DNA of 32,000 bases from Candidatus Saccharimonadota bacterium. GTDB taxonomy: Archaea > Nanohalarchaeota > Nanosalinia > Nanosalinales > Nanosalinaceae. Location of the stretch: contig NZ_CP180230.1 in NCBI RefSeq assembly GCF_047555085.1, forward strand, positions 120,001-152,000. Direction: 5' to 3'. Shown in pieces: positions 7,723 through 18,808 of the stretch. The notes below the pieces were generated by a model. The model was not told where the DNA came from. It saw only the letters and a list, made by a program, of their open reading frames with translations, and did not search any database. How positions within the stretch are numbered: position 1 is the stretch's first letter; each line of letters opens with the position of its first letter. The position numbers and the translations under genes were made by a program.

Positions 7723-8685
7723 TCAGCTACCGATAGCTATGTCTCCGTTAACAGGCCTGAAACGTGCTCCTGAAACAAGTCTAGGCCTCTCAGTATCGAT
7801 AAAGAAGCTGCCCTGCCACAGGCCTGAAATCTCTGTAGAATTAGTTATATTGATGTGGGCCTGACCATTGAGAGAGTTCAGCTCGGCTTTGGAAGTGGAC
7901 TGAAATATGGAGTTAACATTGTAAGTATCCGGTTCAAGATCATTAGTCTCATTCATTATACATTCATTGTTGAGGCCTCTCGCATTGCAGAAGCCAGGAT
8001 CGTATTCGGAAAGATTTTGTATCTCTGAATCTGACAGGACACGGTTGTAGACTCTTGTTTCATCTATAACTCCGTTGAAATCTCCAGGTGAACCGTAACT
8101 GTCTGTTTCACTACCGAGCTCTGGACTGGCCAGAGAAGGCTTAGATGTAAGATACAGGTTGTTTGAGGCCTTCTTGGTTCCGTTTATGAACACTTCATGA
8201 GGGCCATCGCTGTTGTATTTCCCGGTGACTACTACATGGTGCCAGGCCTCTCCAAAATTCTCGTTCACAGTTATCTGCATATCATCATCTTCACTGTCTT
8301 CCATGTACCACTGCATCTGACTGGACTGTGCACTGACGTAGAAGTATCGAGGATCATTACTCATGTCGTAAAGACTACCACCCCAGTCACTTCCCTCGGG
8401 CTTGAACCATAGAGAAATAGTGAAACCGCCGTTGTTTATCCTATCAGGTATATCAACACGATCATCAACTCCATCAAAACTCAAGGCCTCTCCGAATTTT
8501 CCTTGAGTCCAGGACGCTCCACTTATACTCCCGGTGTTCGAATTTCCCGAACTATCTTTTGCTGTGTCTCCTGATCCGGAGTCGAACTTCCAGTAGGCCT
8601 CTAATCCCTGATTAAGTGCAGCGAGGCCTGTTGAGGAGAGTAGTAATGCAGCCAGTAATAGGCCTGTGATTTTTGTCTTGTTCAC
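7723..8685 (-). CDS. Secreted LamG / concanavalin-A-like lectin domain protein
   Basis: The LamG_3-like block is GNSNTGSISGASWTQGKFGEALSFDGVDDRVDIPD...FTISLWFKP. A GTG at 8685 gives a classical signal peptide, (M)NKTKITGLLLAALLLSSTGLAA. The track's ATG at 8862 lies inside the 23S terminal helix. Confidence 0.75.
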   Translation of the reverse strand: MNKTKITGLLLAALLLSSTGLAALNQGLEAYWKFDSGSGDTAKDSSGNSNTGSISGASWTQGKFGEALSFDGVDDRVDIPDRINNGGFTISLWFKPEGSDWGGSLYDMSNDPRYFYVSAQSSQMQWYMEDSEDDDMQITVNENFGEAWHHVVVTGKYNSDGPHEVFINGTKKASNNLYLTSKPSLASPELGSETDSYGSPGDFNGVIDETRVYNRVLSDSEIQNLSEYDPGFCNARGLNNECIMNETNDLEPDTYNVNSIFQSTSKAELNSLNGQAHINITNSTEISGLWQGSFFIDTERPRLVSGARFRPVNGDIAIGS

Positions 8686-8858
8686 GTATAGAAGTTGTCT
8701 ACTCTGCTGTTTAATTATTGTGTTTGCTTCTAAGGAAGGATCTTGGAATTGAATAAGTAAGAAGTTCGTATAAGGGGATAGGGTTTGACCAGTGCTTAGC
8801 ACTAGTTTGAGCTGAAAATCCTGTAGATTTTCATGATCTAACTTTGAAGTGTTAGAGC

Positions 8859-11844
8859 TCAAGCTGGTACCGTCCGTTAGATTGAACCCGCGATTAGTAG
8901 TGGTCGGCTGAAATCCTCGTTGCCTTGGATCTTACACCGCCACTCTATCAACTCATCTTGTATGAGAGCGGAAACGGTCTCTTTTAGAGGAGGCTTTCGA
9001 GCTTAGATGCATTCAGCTCTTACACCTGTGAGGCGTAGCTACTCTGCCCACCCTCTCGGATGACAGATACACCAGAGGCCTCAGTTCGGGGTTCCTTTCG
9101 TACTGTCCGAACTTTCCTCTCAGACCGTGTAAACGCTCCCGGCAGATAGCAACAGATCTGGCTCACGCCGATCTAAACCCAGCTCACGATCCGTTTTAAT
9201 AGGTGAACACCCTCACCCTTGGCTGCGGTTGCACAGCCAGGATACGGAGAGCCGACATCGAAGTAACAAGCCTGCGGGTCGATGTGAACTCGCGCCGCAG
9301 ACAATCCAGTTATCCCTGGAGTACCTTTTTCGTCAGGCCTAAGCCTCATGACTTGGCTGTAGGCGTTCGCTAAGCCACGCTTTCGCGCCTGGTCCCCCTG
9401 CTATCGAGAGACCAGTCAGGCAGGCTTTTGCCTTTGTACTCTACGTCCGATTTCTGACCGGACTGAGCCTACCTTTGGACCCATCTGATTGATTATCAGA
9501 TGGATACCGCCCCAGTTAAACTGCCCAGCTTACGCTGTCCCTCCGTAGAGGTAAGCCGCAGGGTTCCAAGTGGGTAGTGTCCCATGGTCGACTGGGCGAC
9601 AGCCTAGCGGCTGCACCTCTGTAATGTCTCCTACCTACACTTCACACTTGGAACCCCGCAGCAACGTAAGACTGCAGTAAAGGTTCACAGGGTCTTCGCT
9701 TCCCACCGGGAGTCACCGGCCTATGCGCCGGTACGGCGGGTTCACCGGGCTACAGCTTGGGACAGTGGAAACCTCGTTACCCTATTAATGCGGGCCAACA
9801 ATTAATTGGCAAGGGACTACGCTACCTTAAGACGGTCATAGTTACCGCCGCCGTTTACCAGCCCTTCGTCTCCTTGTACGGAGTGTTCAGGTACTGGCAC
9901 TGGGCAAGAGTCGCCGACTATACAAATCCTTTCGGACTAGCAGTCGGCTATGTTTTTAGTAAACAGTCGAGCTTCCCTAGTCACTGAGACCTATCGTATC
10001 AAGACGATAGGCACCCCATATACCGAAGGTACGGGGCTAACTTGCCGAATTCCCTAAGCTGCATTAAACCCGATACGTCTTAGCCTATGAAGCCAGAGTA
10101 CCTGTGCTGGTTCTGGGTACGGTCTCTCACACCTTTTCAAGGGATCTAGGATTCGTGAAAACCCGGGATTATTCCCAGGCCGATCACCGATTCGCCGGGG
10201 TCGAAGCGTTACGCTCGCCCGGTTTAACGGTTTCGACTGCGCGAAGGCGCAGCTTTCATTATCCCAAATCGTCAGTTAATGTGAGTAGGTACAGGAATAT
10301 TAACCTGTTTCCCTATTCTCCAAATTCGAATTACGGTCTGGATTAGGACCGACTAACCCTCTGTTGACGAACATTGCAGAGGAACCCTTACTCTTGCGAC
10401 GAGGAGAATTCTCATCTCCTGTTACGATGATACTGCCGGCAGGATCTTCATATCCACGCGGTCCACACGAACTCACGTCCATGCTTCCGTCCACGCGGAT
10501 CGCCTTCCTATCCACCAAGTTAAAAACTCGGTGACAAGGTATCGGCTCTTGACTTAAGCCCCGTCCATTTACGGCGCCACAGTTCTCAATGGGTGAGCTG
10601 TTACGCTATCTTTAAAGGGTAGCTGCTTCTAAGCTAACCTCCCCACTGTCTGAGAACCGCGACATCCTTCAATGACACTTAGTCAAGAATTGGGGGCCTT
10701 AACCTTGCTCTGGGTTGTTTCCCTCTCGGACGGGTAACTTACTCACCCGCCCTCACTCCCAAGGTCTACGGCGTTATACAGTTCAGAGTTTGACTCCAGT
10801 CTGGAGGTAAAACCTCCAGGCTCCGGAATCAGTTGCTTTACCTGTATAACCACCTCGCTTGAGGCTGAACTTCGGCTCATTTCGAAAGGAACCAGCCATC
10901 ACTGATCTCGATTGACATTTCACCCCTTGACCCAGGTCACGCGAGCGCTTGTATCGCAGCACCGCTGTCGGGCCTCCACGGAGCTTTCGCGCCGCTTCAC
11001 CCTGCCCAGGCCAGGATCGACCAGTTTCGGATCGTACCGTGGTGACTTCTCGCACGTTAACACGAGGCCCCTGACACGTAAAACGTGCTGCGGGCTTCTT
11101 GCTTTCGCTATGACTCCCCACCGAAACGGTGGTTAGCCTCGCCACGACGGTACACTCCCTGCCCCGTTTTTCAAAACGGATGATATGACACCGCTCTACC
11201 TGATTCATACTACACCGTCTCCAGTGATTCTTTCACAGGCGTCGACGCTTTAATGCCATATCTAGCCTATAACCAGTCAGTTTGAGGCTCTTTTCACCCC
11301 CTTTCTAGGGGTACTTTTCAGCTTTCCCTCACGGTACTTAGTGCGCTATCGGACTCGAGAAGTATTTAGCGTTGGAAGGAAATGCCTCCCATCTTCACCT
11401 AGGATTTCCAACCCAAGCTACTTGTGGTACTTCGGAGAACGTCCTGGCAACCGCCCACGAGACTATCACTCTCTATGGTCCCTCTTTCCAGAGGAGTTAG
11501 GCTTCGCCATTCGGTTCAGAAAGAAGACCAAAACCACATCCACTTTTCCTCTCGGAAAAGCGTTCAGTTTACGCTACTCCCTCTTCGCTCGCCGCTACTA
11601 AGGGAATCCCATATTGGTTTCTTTTCCTGCGGGTACTAAGATGTTTCAATTCACCGCGTTACCTGCCCTGACGGGCTACACCTCCGAGGAGGTGTGAGTA
11701 AAATCTCATTCAGAAATCTTGGGCTCAAAGGCTGCATGCGCCTCACCCAAGCTTATCGCAGCTTGCCACGTCCTTCATCGGCTTCTCGAACCGAGCCATC
11801 CGCTGACCGGCGTCGTCGCAATCCAACTTCAGGTACCAGCTTGA
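8859..11844 (-). rRNA. rrl: 23S ribosomal RNA
   Basis: Conserved blocks in the minus sense include AGCGGATGGCTCGGTTCGAGAAGCCGATGAAGGACGTGGCAAGCTGCGATAAGC near the 5' end and the PTC sequence CTTCGATGTCGGCTC. Also present are the A-loop GGGTGTTCACC and GCTGAATGCATCTAAGC (RC of 9001-9017) near the 3' end. The ends are set by a 13-bp terminal helix, 8859-8871 pairing with 11832-11844. Confidence 0.95.
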
Positions 11845-12137
11845 TATGCTCCACTCTCGAGCAGAGCTCGAGAAAATCACTGCATACCAGGCTAAGCACT
11901 AAAATTGCGATTTAATGGTCAAACCCTACTTACACCCAGATCCAACGACACGAAACGTCGTACACGTGGCAACGTGTTCTCAGGTGTGCACTACTCTCGC
12001 CCACATAACAAATTCAGGCGAGGGGTTCGTGCTAAGGACATCAAATCATTGACGCCCCTTATACGTAAACAGTCCCAAACAACTGGCCTATCAAGCACAG
12101 TGAGACTAACCTTCGTAACCAAACAAACGGAACTAAC

Positions 12138-12148
12138 CTTTATATACC
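12138..12148 (-). promoter_or_regulatory. Candidate TATA box for an independent 23S promoter (CTTTATATACC on +)
   Basis: The same 11-mer recurs upstream of 16S at 16086-16096. It lies 294 nt upstream of the 23S 5' end. Its TTTATATA core matches the archaeal TATA consensus. Confidence 0.45.
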
Positions 12149-12295
12149 AGGCGTCCTCTCAAGGCTTTCACCCCATCGGACTGTCCGCAACCAAAAACAG
12201 GGCCTTAAACTTTAAATAGGGAACGCCGGCGTGAAATTCAACGCCTACTCATCACTTAAAAAAATTTACTGGCAACCACTAATTAACGAAAGAAA

Positions 12296-12369
12296 GGGCC
12301 CTTAGTTCAGCCTGGCAGAACGTCCCCCTTGCAAGGGGAAGGCCCAGGGTTCAAATCCCTGAGGGTCCA
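12296..12369 (+). tRNA. tRNA-Ala (UGC), on the strand opposite to the flanking rRNA genes
   Basis: Manual cloverleaf: GGGCCCT-TA-GTTC-AGCCTGGCA-GAAC-G-TCCCC-CTTGCAA-GGGGA-AGGCC-CAGGG-TTCAAAT-CCCTG-AGGGTCC-A. It has G3:U70 and A73. An A/T-rich box at 12254-12267 lies about 34 nt upstream. Confidence 0.95.
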
Positions 12370-12396
12370 AGCAAGTCCTTGTTATTCAGGTTTATT

Positions 12397-13302
12397 CTAT
12401 GACTGTGTTTTAGGATTCCATATTACTGCGTCTTGTCCTATTTCAAGGCCTTCTTCAGTTTTGTCCGTGACTCTCCATTCGAGTTTATCGAAGTCTTCTT
12501 TTCCATAGTTGTCGGATAGCTGGAATGTTAGTGTGCCTTCTGATGTTTCTCCTGGTTGTACTTGACTGCTTTCGTACATTTTACCAAACTCGGTTACGTT
12601 CACCAGTTTTCCCTTAAAAGCCGCGATAAATTCGAAATCTGTTCTTGATGGAAGCTGTTTAGGTTCATCGGCGTTGTTTCTGGCTGAGAAATCGATAACT
12701 GCAATATGTTTTCCTTCTTCATCGGCGTCCTCGAATCTGAGGTTCTCCGCAGTCATTAATATATCCTGATTGTTTTCCACAGACTGACCTAGCTCTATTG
12801 ATGGAGGCTCAATGCCTGTATCTGCTAATTTGGCTCTTTTGTTCTCATACCTCATGTGCTGTGTCATACCCGAGAAAGTATAGGTATCCAGGTTATTGAA
12901 GCTGAGAGGTATTTTGAACGAAGTTTCCTGATTTGGTTCTACTACTTCTGGGCTTTCCACGTCCTTATATTTTCTAAACGAATCGTTGTCTCTGGATGTT
13001 ATCAGAATATTTGTTGAAAACTTGCTGGATTCATTTCCAATATTTTCAACCTGGATTGTCAAATTAAACCTGCTTCCTATCCGGGCATCATTAGGAGCCT
13101 CCAGTTCAATTATGTCAAATTTCGAGTAATCTGGTTTCTCTGTGGAAGCTGTTTCAGTATTTTCCTTATCCTTCTCCGAGTCTAGACTATCGGAAGAATT
13201 TTCTAAACTATTATTCTGGTTTGTAGGATTTGTGGAGTCTACACATCCAGAAGAAACAACAACTATGGCCGTTAAAATAATCAAGATCAGATTAGTTCTC
13301 AT
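12397..13302 (-). CDS. Secreted lipobox protein, DUF4352-like C-terminal beta domain (recalled similarity)
   Basis: The N-terminus MRTNLILIILTAIVVVSSGC has a signal peptide plus lipobox Cys. An S/N/D/E-rich linker follows, then repeated beta-rich modules. It lies between 16S and 23S. Confidence 0.65.
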   Translation of the reverse strand: MRTNLILIILTAIVVVSSGCVDSTNPTNQNNSLENSSDSLDSEKDKENTETASTEKPDYSKFDIIELEAPNDARIGSRFNLTIQVENIGNESSKFSTNILITSRDNDSFRKYKDVESPEVVEPNQETSFKIPLSFNNLDTYTFSGMTQHMRYENKRAKLADTGIEPPSIELGQSVENNQDILMTAENLRFEDADEEGKHIAVIDFSARNNADEPKQLPSRTDFEFIAAFKGKLVNVTEFGKMYESSQVQPGETSEGTLTFQLSDNYGKEDFDKLEWRVTDKTEEGLEIGQDAVIWNPKTQS

Positions 13303-13423
13303 AAAAGATTCAATGATTTTGAGAGCTTTTACTTATTTTTGGTTATAGCATTTGAACCGTTGGAAGAGCCTGTTTAATGGGATTGGTTGGATGATGACTG
13401 TATTTCTCTATAGCAAATTTTCT

Positions 13424-14086
13424 CTAGAAACTTTCCTCGGATAAACGAATTCCGTCATTGAACTCCAGGGATCTTTCTGAGCTATTTTCATCCAGCAATT
13501 TCTCCATTTCGTCAGGATGAAAAATGTACTGTTCCTCGTAAGGCCTGTCGTTCACAAGCTCTACTGCTGCAACGCCTTCTGATCCAAGAACTCTTTCTAT
13601 TTCTGTCAAGGCCTCGTAGTGAGGATTATTGTCTGTGTATTCCACTTCTTCGCTGTTGTCAGGAAGATAAGGGATAAGTGCGTTGCAGATAACGATATCG
13701 AAGCTCCCGTCCGGGAATGGAAGAGAGTTTATATCGCCGGCAACTCCGTGATGGATCTCTGGCTGTCTATCCGCAGTGCTTGCATGTTCCGGGCTTGCGT
13801 CCAGGCCTGTAGCAACAAAATCTGTGTCGTATTTATCATCAAGATTTCCGATCATCGTGTTGAGAGCTTTTCCCTTCGAAGTCCCAACGTCAAGTATATT
13901 TATTGAATCGTAATTATCGATGTCTAGCTCTGATTCTACAGCGGCCTCTATTTTTCTGTATCGTCCTCCAAAGTTGGTATGTCGTCCGTAGAAGCCGTTC
14001 TCGTCAGTCATCTGTCTTCCCTCCCAGACTTCTCGGGAAACTCCCTCCACATTATCTCTCATCATATGACTTGGAAGTAACAACAA
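13424..14086 (-). CDS. Class I SAM-dependent methyltransferase
   Basis: Motif I is ILDVGTSKG, with an acidic post-I residue in TGLDAS and motif IV-like DIVICNALIPYL. The track start is TTG at 14086; an ATG-ATG at 14065 is an alternative start. Confidence 0.75.
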   Translation of the reverse strand: MLLLPSHMMRDNVEGVSREVWEGRQMTDENGFYGRHTNFGGRYRKIEAAVESELDIDNYDSINILDVGTSKGKALNTMIGNLDDKYDTDFVATGLDASPEHASTADRQPEIHHGVAGDINSLPFPDGSFDIVICNALIPYLPDNSEEVEYTDNNPHYEALTEIERVLGSEGVAAVELVNDRPYEEQYIFHPDEMEKLLDENSSERSLEFNDGIRLSEESF

Positions 14087-14208
14087 GTTTAATTAGTATT
14101 TCTCGAGTACAGGCCTCTGAGAAAAAATTCTTGCATCTAGGTAAAGATTCTATTATAGCTGCAGAATAGGATTGGAAGAAATTTTTCTGTCAGAAGATGA
14201 GTAAAAAA

Positions 14209-14221
14209 GTAGGAGAGACTC
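14209..14221. other. 3'-flank half of a 13-bp inverted repeat bracketing 16S (putative processing stem)
   Basis: GTAGGAGAGACTC (14209-14221) is the exact reverse complement of GAGTCTCTCCTAC (15898-15910). They lie 62 nt beyond the 16S 3' end and 143 nt before its 5' end. Confidence 0.55.
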
Positions 14222-14246
14222 AAGACGTTGAAATGAAAGTGAACGT

Positions 14247-14273
14247 GTTTCCCGGATTTTGATCCCGGGAAAC
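14247..14273 (-). other. Perfect 9-bp hairpin immediately 3' of 16S
   Basis: GTTTCCCGG-(9 nt loop)-CCGGGAAAC sits 9 nt from the 16S 3' end. A T6 run follows further downstream in the minus sense (A-run 14203-14208). Confidence 0.4.
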
Positions 14274-14282
14274 TAGTTCTTT

Positions 14283-15755
<1,473 letters not shown>

Positions 15756-15897
15756 TGCCAACACAACAAAGGTTGGGTTGGACAGGTTGCAATCAGAAAC
15801 CTCTACAAAAGGCTTCCTCAAGCCGGCTACCCCACAAAAGGTAACCGGAACACTGCAGCACACTCAAAGAGTGTGCTTCTAAATGATCTACATGATC

Positions 15898-15910
15898 GAG
15901 TCTCTCCTAC
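15898..15910. other. 5'-flank half of the 16S-bracketing inverted repeat
   Basis: See 14209-14221. Confidence 0.55.
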
Positions 15911-16085
15911 ATCACATCAAAAATATGACGCTCATCTTGGTCCTCTCGGACTATATCCCACTCAGTCTCCCAAGCGGGTAAACAAACAGTCCCCGTTAAA
16001 CCTTATAAAGGGTTTTGAAGCGGGAACCAAACAGAGTCCAGATAAGAACCATCCGAACTCCGCATCCTAGAATCGGACCTCAAAA

Positions 16086-16096
16086 CTTTATATACC
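16086..16096 (-). promoter_or_regulatory. Candidate TATA box for the 16S promoter (CTTTATATACC on +)
   Basis: This 11-mer is identical to 12138-12148 and lies 331 nt upstream of the 16S 5' end. It sits 36 nt downstream of the stop of the preceding gene. Confidence 0.45.
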
Positions 16097-16131
16097 TAAA
16101 GTAGGCCTGGACATCAAAACCTTTCTCCGAC

Positions 16132-16596
16132 TCATGAGTCTGATACAAGGCCTCTATACATCTCTGAGATGTCCTTCGGCGTTGGAAGCTTTTTACCAGT
16201 CTTTATCCCAAGATAGAGGCCTGCACCAGCTTCAGGATACTGATCGACGCCGAAAAACTCTCCATCGATCAGGAAAGTTTCGACTCCATCCGCTATAAGA
16301 GTCATGATAGCTGCGGCCTTCAACTCGTCATAATTCCTTTTTATCGTATCAAAGTTCTCGAAGTAGGCCTTTTCCAGAAAATTGTCGTCGTGCATGTCAT
16401 CGTCGTACATAGGATCGTCTTCAAGAACAGTTTCGTACCATTCCTTATCCGGGCCTTCCGGGAAAGGCTCTCTGCCTGCTTTCTGCGCCCTGTTCTTCTC
16501 TATGTACGTGGATGAAAATCCCATTCCAAAGCCTGCAGCTCCGTACATCAGTTGTTCGGCCCTATCTACAGCTATCTCAGATAAGTCCTCTATCAC
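16132..16596 (-). CDS. Hypothetical acidic protein
   Basis: A 154-aa ORF lying 33 nt downstream of gdhA on the same strand. No family recognised. Confidence 0.55.
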   Translation of the reverse strand: MIEDLSEIAVDRAEQLMYGAAGFGMGFSSTYIEKNRAQKAGREPFPEGPDKEWYETVLEDDPMYDDDMHDDNFLEKAYFENFDTIKRNYDELKAAAIMTLIADGVETFLIDGEFFGVDQYPEAGAGLYLGIKTGKKLPTPKDISEMYRGLVSDS

Positions 16597-16629
16597 GGAA
16601 AGAAAGAGAAAAAGTGAATGATTAAACAG

Positions 16630-17856
16630 TTATCCCCGGGCCTTCATCGCCTTCACGATCTTCTCGGCGCCGATCATGTAAGCCGCATCACGTCCATACA
16701 GGCCTTCACTGTCTCTCAGATCCCGGAACTCTCTGTACGCTCCCTGGCTATTCTCCTTCAGTTTTTCCAGGACTTTCTCCTCATCCCAGTACTCGCCGCT
16801 ACGATTCTGCACCCATTCATAATACGAGACGGTGACTCCTCCGGAGTTCGCCAGTACATCAGGAATCACAGTCACGTCCCGTTCCTCGAGAATCTCGTCG
16901 GCCTCTCTTGTAGTAGGCCCGTTAGCGATCTCAACGACATAATCAGCAGAGATATTTTCTGCGTTGTCCTCATTGATCACGCCCCCGATAGCAGCAGGGA
17001 TCAAAAAATCAACTTCAAGCTCCAGAAGCTCCTCGTTGCTGATCTCTTCTCCTGTGTTACAGATCTCTCCCCGACGTGACTTACAATCCACAAGCTCGCT
17101 GTACGAGAGGCCTTCACTGTCGTAAGTCGCACCAGAAGCATCTGAGACAGCCACTACGTCCACGCCTATCTCCTCAAGCCTCTTGACAGCAGGAGCCGCA
17201 GCGTTCCCGAATCCCTGAACAGCAGCCGTCAAATCCTCTGCTTCGAGGCCTTCATCCTCGATAATCTGTTCTATAACGTATACGGCTCCGAAGCCTGTCG
17301 CATCAGCACGTCCTTTCGAGCCAAAGGCCTCTACAGGCTTCCCTGTGATAACACCGGGAATCAGTTCTCGATTATCCTCGCTGTACTCATCCATCATCCA
17401 GGACATATGCTTCCCGCCGGTATTCATATCAGGAGCCGGAACATCACGGTTCTCCCCGATAATCTCCGCAATAGAATCAATGTAATTACGGGATAATCTT
17501 TCCTCCTCACTTTCAGAAAGATCTGAAGGATCGACTACAACTCCTCCTTTCGCACCGCCGTACGGAATATCGGCGATCGCACACTTAAGAGACATCCAGA
17601 GACTCAAGGCCTTAACTTCATCCTCGTTCACATCCTCTGAAAATCTGATGCCTCCTTTTCCAGGGCCTCTGCTTGTGTTGTGCTGGCTACGAAATCCTTT
17701 GAACATCTTTTTCTCCCCATCATCCATCTCTACAGGAAAATTCACTTCCACAAATCTCTGTGGATTCTTCAGACGTTCAAAGAAATCTTCTTCACCGATT
17801 TTCTCAAGTGCATCCTTCAAGTTTTCACGTGCATCTTCAAGTTCAGTCATACACAC
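16630..17856 (-). CDS. gdhA: Glutamate dehydrogenase
   Basis: The Glu/Leu/Phe/Val dehydrogenase signature is present: GPGKGGIRF and the active-site Lys in IPYGGAKGGVVVDP. A C-terminal Rossmann motif GFGNAAAP is also present. The size is 408 aa. Confidence 0.93.
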   Translation of the reverse strand: MCMTELEDARENLKDALEKIGEEDFFERLKNPQRFVEVNFPVEMDDGEKKMFKGFRSQHNTSRGPGKGGIRFSEDVNEDEVKALSLWMSLKCAIADIPYGGAKGGVVVDPSDLSESEEERLSRNYIDSIAEIIGENRDVPAPDMNTGGKHMSWMMDEYSEDNRELIPGVITGKPVEAFGSKGRADATGFGAVYVIEQIIEDEGLEAEDLTAAVQGFGNAAAPAVKRLEEIGVDVVAVSDASGATYDSEGLSYSELVDCKSRRGEICNTGEEISNEELLELEVDFLIPAAIGGVINEDNAENISADYVVEIANGPTTREADEILEERDVTVIPDVLANSGGVTVSYYEWVQNRSGEYWDEEKVLEKLKENSQGAYREFRDLRDSEGLYGRDAAYMIGAEKIVKAMKARG

Positions 17857-17931
17857 GAATTGAACTCGAGGCCTTTAGTTAGTAACAGTTACAGGCCTGT
17901 AATCAGATAAGCTAGAAAAAATTATTATCAG

Positions 17932-18006
17932 GGCGGAGGGCGGGATTCGAACCCGCGTCCCGACCGCCACAAGGTCGGAGTATAGACCAGCTAACCTACC
18001 TCCACC
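17932..18006 (-). tRNA. tRNA-His (GUG) with genome-encoded G-1
   Basis: The minus sense reads G(-1)-GTGGAGG-TA-GGTT..-CGACC-TTGTGGC-GGTCG-GGAC-GCGGG-TTCGAAT-CCCGC-CCTCCGC-C. G-1 lies opposite C73, as expected for archaeal tRNA-His. Confidence 0.9.
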
Positions 18007-18118
18007 ATACGCCCTCTTTGAATTAGGAATTGACTGGGAAGTTTTTAATTAGTGAACTATTTTTCCCAGGGCTTTTACCGTGTATGATTTAAGTAGAAAT
18101 CAGTAATTTTCAGGTACT

Positions 18119-18808
18119 ATGAAGAATTTTACAGGCAAGATTCTGGCCTTAGCTGCTGTCTTGATGATGGTGGCTGCGGTACCTGCCGTTGCGCAGGATT
18201 CTGCTGATCCAGCTGACTCTGACGACTTCGAGGAACCGGATGAAGACCTGGACCCTGAAGAAGAGGAAGATGAGTCAGAGGATGATTCTGACGATTCGGA
18301 AAGCGACGATGATGATTCTGAAGATGAACGTGAGGAATCCGAAGACAGAAATGAGACGGATGACAGTTCTGACGATTCTGAACTTGAAGAAGACGAGTCT
18401 GATGAGAATGAATCTGTAGAGACTCCGGAGAACATGGAAGAGGCCATGGAAGTGATCGAGGATCTGCGTGAAACTGTCTCAGACTTGAGAGAGGAAGTCA
18501 GAGAACTTCAGGAAGAGAACAGGGAGCTTGAAAGAGAGCTCGACGAACGTGATGAAAGCGATGATCTTCCGGAAGAGGCCTCTGATAGAGCAGAGGAAGC
18601 CAGAGATGAGGACGATGAAGAAGTCGATGTAGAGACTTCGAGAAACGGTACTGATGTCGAGATCGAGCAGGAAACTGAGGACGGAGTGACAGAGACTGAG
18701 GTAGAAGTTGAAGGAAACGGCTCCGATACAGAGATCGAATCGGAGAGACCTGCAGATGCTCCAAGACCTAACTTCGTTTCCGAGATGCTCAGCAGTATCT
18801 TTGGATAG
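18119..18808 (+). CDS. Secreted hyper-acidic D/E/S-rich protein with a central coiled-coil segment
   Basis: The Sec signal peptide is MKNFTGKILALAAVLMMVAAVPAVA/QD. Long D/E/S low-complexity tracts follow, then a heptad-like stretch LRETVSDLREEVRELQEENRELEREL. T-runs follow the stop. Confidence 0.7.
   Translation: MKNFTGKILALAAVLMMVAAVPAVAQDSADPADSDDFEEPDEDLDPEEEEDESEDDSDDSESDDDDSEDEREESEDRNETDDSSDDSELEEDESDENESVETPENMEEAMEVIEDLRETVSDLREEVRELQEENRELERELDERDESDDLPEEASDRAEEARDEDDEEVDVETSRNGTDVEIEQETEDGVTETEVEVEGNGSDTEIESERPADAPRPNFVSEMLSSIFG

Noticed and set aside
8686-8858. Search for a 5S rRNA downstream of 23S
   Set aside because: There are no 5S-like conserved blocks. The only feature there is a 13-nt palindrome AGTGCTTAGCACT (about 8792-8804).
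7723-8862. The full-length 379-aa version of the LamG ORF, starting at ATG 8862
   Set aside because: That ATG lies inside the 23S terminal helix. The first 59 residues have no signal or acidic character, whereas the GTG at 8685 gives a classical signal peptide.
9757-11915. Track ORFs inside the 23S gene (9757..9987, 10104..10346, 10300..10518, 10783..11208, 10912..11136, 11341..11601, 11424..11639, 11694..11915)
   Set aside because: They lie within conserved 23S rRNA sequence. Their composition is basic and Arg/Ser/Pro-rich, unlike the acidic proteome, so they are spurious.
11905-12219. The 104-aa ORF in the 23S leader, and likewise 15873..16070 in the 16S leader
   Set aside because: They sit in rRNA promoter/leader DNA, are basic in composition and have no coding context. 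The shared boxes there are better explained as regulatory.
13389-13397. A C-box-like ATGATGA in the 13303-13423 spacer
   Set aside because: There is no CTGA D box at a suitable distance and no terminal stem, and it abuts the 3' end of the methyltransferase gene.
16618-17910. ORFs antisense to gdhA (16618..17079, 17648..17863, 17680..17910), and 16382..16621
   Set aside because: They overlap the well-supported GDH gene or the neighbouring CDS and have no motifs.
18100-18764. The Ser-rich 115-aa antisense ORF, plus 18189..18419 and 18498..18764
   Set aside because: They are a by-product of GAW codon repeats in the acidic sense gene, and they have no signal or start context.
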